Shown: positions 6,182 through 7,581 of the stretch, piece after piece
Position numbering within the stretch: the stretch's first letter is position 1
Layout: each line of letters begins with the position of its first letter
Virus record (IMG/VR): IMGVR_UViG_2541047885_000010
DNA from: a virus
Taxonomy: Duplodnaviria > Heunggongvirae > Uroviricota > Caudoviricetes
Strand: one strand, 5' to 3'
DNA: 7,581 nt
Made by a program: the position numbers and the translations under genes
Notes under the pieces: model-generated
Database searches by the model: none
Told to the model about the DNA's origin: nothing
What the model saw: only the letters and a program-made list of their open reading frames with translations

Positions 6182-6504
6182 ACTTTCAGGCCCCTCTCAT
6201 GTAACCAGTGGGCTGCACGCAGCCTTGCGTTTTCCTCACCGGCAAGCAGTGAGCGGATAATCCCGACCGCCTCGCTGTCGTCGTCCTTCACCGCGGTATG
6301 AAGAGTGATACCCCGGGCCACGCCACGCTTTATCGTGATGACACCTTTTTTCTCCAGTGCGCGAAGATGCTCCACCGCTGCATTCACCGAACGGTATCCC
6401 AGCATGGTTGCCACCTCCTGATTGGTTGGCGGGAAGCCACGTTCTTTCTGATAAGAAATCAGCATATCCAGCACCTGCTGCTGGCATTGAGTTAATGTCG
6501 TCAT
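6178..6504 (-). CDS. LexA-like winged-helix DNA-binding-domain protein lacking the S24 peptidase domain
   Basis: 108 aa. MTTLTQCQQQVLDMLISYQKERGFPPTNQEVATMLGYRSVNAAVEHLRALEKKGVITIKRGVARGITL aligns with LexA residues 1-70 ([68 protein letters not shown]), including the recognition helix S-x-NAA-x-EHL. The C-terminal ~35 aa are unrelated to the LexA protease domain. ATGA overlaps at both ends. Confidence 0.75.
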   Translation of the reverse strand: MTTLTQCQQQVLDMLISYQKERGFPPTNQEVATMLGYRSVNAAVEHLRALEKKGVITIKRGVARGITLHTAVKDDDSEAVGIIRSLLAGEENARLRAAHWLHERGLKV

Positions 6505-7153
6505 GCCGCCATCTCCCTGACCAGTTTTTCTGCCTGCTGGCGAACCTGCGCCAGAAAGGCCTCACCACATGCCTCAAGTTCATCGCGCCCGATGTAGCTG
6601 ATTGCCGGTCCCTTCCAGGTCTTGTCGAAAACAGCAATAGCACCAGCGAAGAAAGCGCCTGTCGGCACCTGCTTCTCATCCTTCGGGATAAACCAGGCAG
6701 GCAGTTCAAAACCAATACGCCCGCGAATAAAAGCAATATGATCTGCATCTTCCGGCCACCACACTTGCTGGTGGCAGCTTTGATCAGGAAAACATAGCGC
6801 CCGCCTTTATCACGCATGGCACTGGCATGCTTCATGATGTAACGCATGCCGGTGATGTATTGTCCCTCATGCTGACTGGCGCGGCTGTACGGGGGATTAC
6901 CAAAGGCAGCACCTTTAAGCTCCGCAAGACGTTCTGACCAGTCATGTGCCAGCGCGTTGTCTTCCGCCGTGTAATACGCGGCACATTTGGCGTTATCACC
7001 GTCAGTAAACAGATCCAGAACAAACGGGCCAAACAGGGTGTTAATTCCCCAGAAAATGTTGTCCGGCGTGCGCCACTGATCGCCCACTTCCTTCAGTTCA
7101 TGGGCTGGTTTGTTCCGTAGTTCCACCAGCGCCTGGCAATATTTATTACTCAT
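6501..7153 (-). pseudogene. Phage Dam-family DNA N6-adenine methyltransferase, interrupted by a frameshift at about 6760-6763
   Basis: N-terminal frame from ATG 7153 gives MSNKYCQALVELRNKPAHELKEVGDQWRTPDNIFWGINTLFGPFVLDLFTDGDNAKCAAYYTAEDNALAHDWSERLAELKGAAFGNPPYS...GGRYVFLIKAATSK (NPPY catalytic motif), then becomes low-complexity nonsense. A second frame resumes with WWPEDADHIAFIRGRIGFELPAWFIP... and ends at 6501 in an ATGA overlap with the next gene. Joining the two frames at K|WW reproduces the family motif as I recall it (...ARTDTRWWHD...RFIRGRLKF). Confidence 0.75.
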
Positions 7154-7503
7154 TAAGCCCCCACGTAATTCCCTGAGAGGTACCACTCTTCACCTGATGC
7201 AGCCCGCTTACTGCTTTTCCGTAAACACCGTTCACGACGCGCCAGAAAATTGTTTCGTTCTGGCTGGGAGTGGCTTTCACGGAATGCCGCCATCCACACC
7301 GTTGCAGCACGACGGTATAAGCCCCTGGACTCCAGTTCTTCCGCCTGGCGGGTCAGGCACAAAATCACCCGGGGATCGTTAGTGCCGACATAGAAATTGC
7401 GCACAGGTATGGTTTCAAGAACAGGTTGCAGTTTCTCCTCCTGCGATATCTCAGCCTGGTGTGGGAAATGTCTGCGTGTTTTCCCTTCACAACAGTGAGC
7501 CAC
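7153..7503 (-). CDS. PerC-family (Pch-like) transcriptional regulator, 5' end uncertain
   Basis: Contains ...LTRQAEELESRGLYRRAATVWMAAFRESHSQPERNNFLARRERCL..., resembling the PerC/Pch signature (LE-x-GLWRRAA-x-W ... RR-x-CL). Stop TAA overlaps the Dam ATG as TAATG. The only in-window start is a GTG at 7503 with no clear ribosome-binding site, and the frame stays open to position 7581. Confidence 0.45.
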   Translation of the reverse strand: MAHCCEGKTRRHFPHQAEISQEEKLQPVLETIPVRNFYVGTNDPRVILCLTRQAEELESRGLYRRAATVWMAAFRESHSQPERNNFLARRERCLRKSSKRAASGEEWYLSGNYVGA

Positions 7504-7581
7504 ACGGCCACTCTGACGTAACTTGCTTGCTGACTGCAGAACGCGCTGCCGTGAGTAACCTGCAAAAGCATCCGCAATGTC

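Noticed and set aside
3737-6495. Plus-strand ORFs antisense to the Q, DUF968, KilA-N, rusA and LexA-domain genes (3737..3988, 3745..4098, 4058..4330, 4461..4718, 4862..5092, 5489..5677, 5623..5829, 5952..6260, 6010..6204, 6298..6495, 6357..6797)
   Set aside because: All lie opposite well-supported minus-strand genes, are compositionally biased (Arg/Pro/Ser-rich) and lack ribosome-binding sites. Typical antisense shadow ORFs in GC-rich coding DNA.
6236-7186. 316-aa minus-strand ORF spanning the Dam gene and running on through the LexA-domain gene
   Set aside because: Only the first ~130 residues (from the internal ATG at 7153) look like a real protein. Past about 6760 the translation is low-complexity R/S/G-rich nonsense read out of frame across the next gene. 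It is the out-of-frame continuation created by the Dam frameshift.
7365-7577. 70-aa minus-strand ORF (TTG start) overlapping the PerC-like gene in another frame
   Set aside because: No recognisable features and a TTG start without ribosome-binding site. The PerC-like frame is the one carrying a family signature.
1-7581. CRISPR array, insertion sequence, integrase or attachment site
   Set aside because: No direct-repeat/spacer periodicity, no transposase or integrase-like ORF, and no terminal inverted repeats were seen. The tRNA genes here are internal phage tRNAs next to Q, not an integration-site tRNA.

Overview
This window reads as the right-hand regulatory (nin / Q / late-operon entry) region of a lambdoid enterobacterial prophage of E. 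coli type, with almost all phage genes on the minus strand. All identifications rest on reading the sequence and recalled family signatures; no database search was run. In transcription order (high to low coordinates): a PerC-like regulator whose frame is still open at the window edge, a phage Dam-family N6-adenine methyltransferase interrupted by a frameshift near 6760-6763, an orphan LexA-type DNA-binding-domain protein, RusA, an intergenic region carrying a canonical SOS (LexA) box, a KilA-N protein, a DUF968-like protein with a C-terminal HNH motif, and a phage-82/QuuD-type antiterminator Q. Downstream of Q lie a strong hairpin terminator (tR' candidate), an opposite-strand OmpC/NmpC/Lc-type porin cargo gene behind an AT-rich upstream region, a 5'-truncated DNA methyltransferase remnant, tRNA-Ile(CAU) and tRNA-Arg(UCG), and a lipoprotein whose C-terminus closely resembles TolA domain III. 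The most interesting items are the TolA-III-like lipoprotein sitting where Stx phages carry their toxin genes, the LexA DNA-binding domain without a protease domain, and the SOS box in front of the kilA-N / DUF968 / Q block. No CRISPR array, IS element or integrase is visible.
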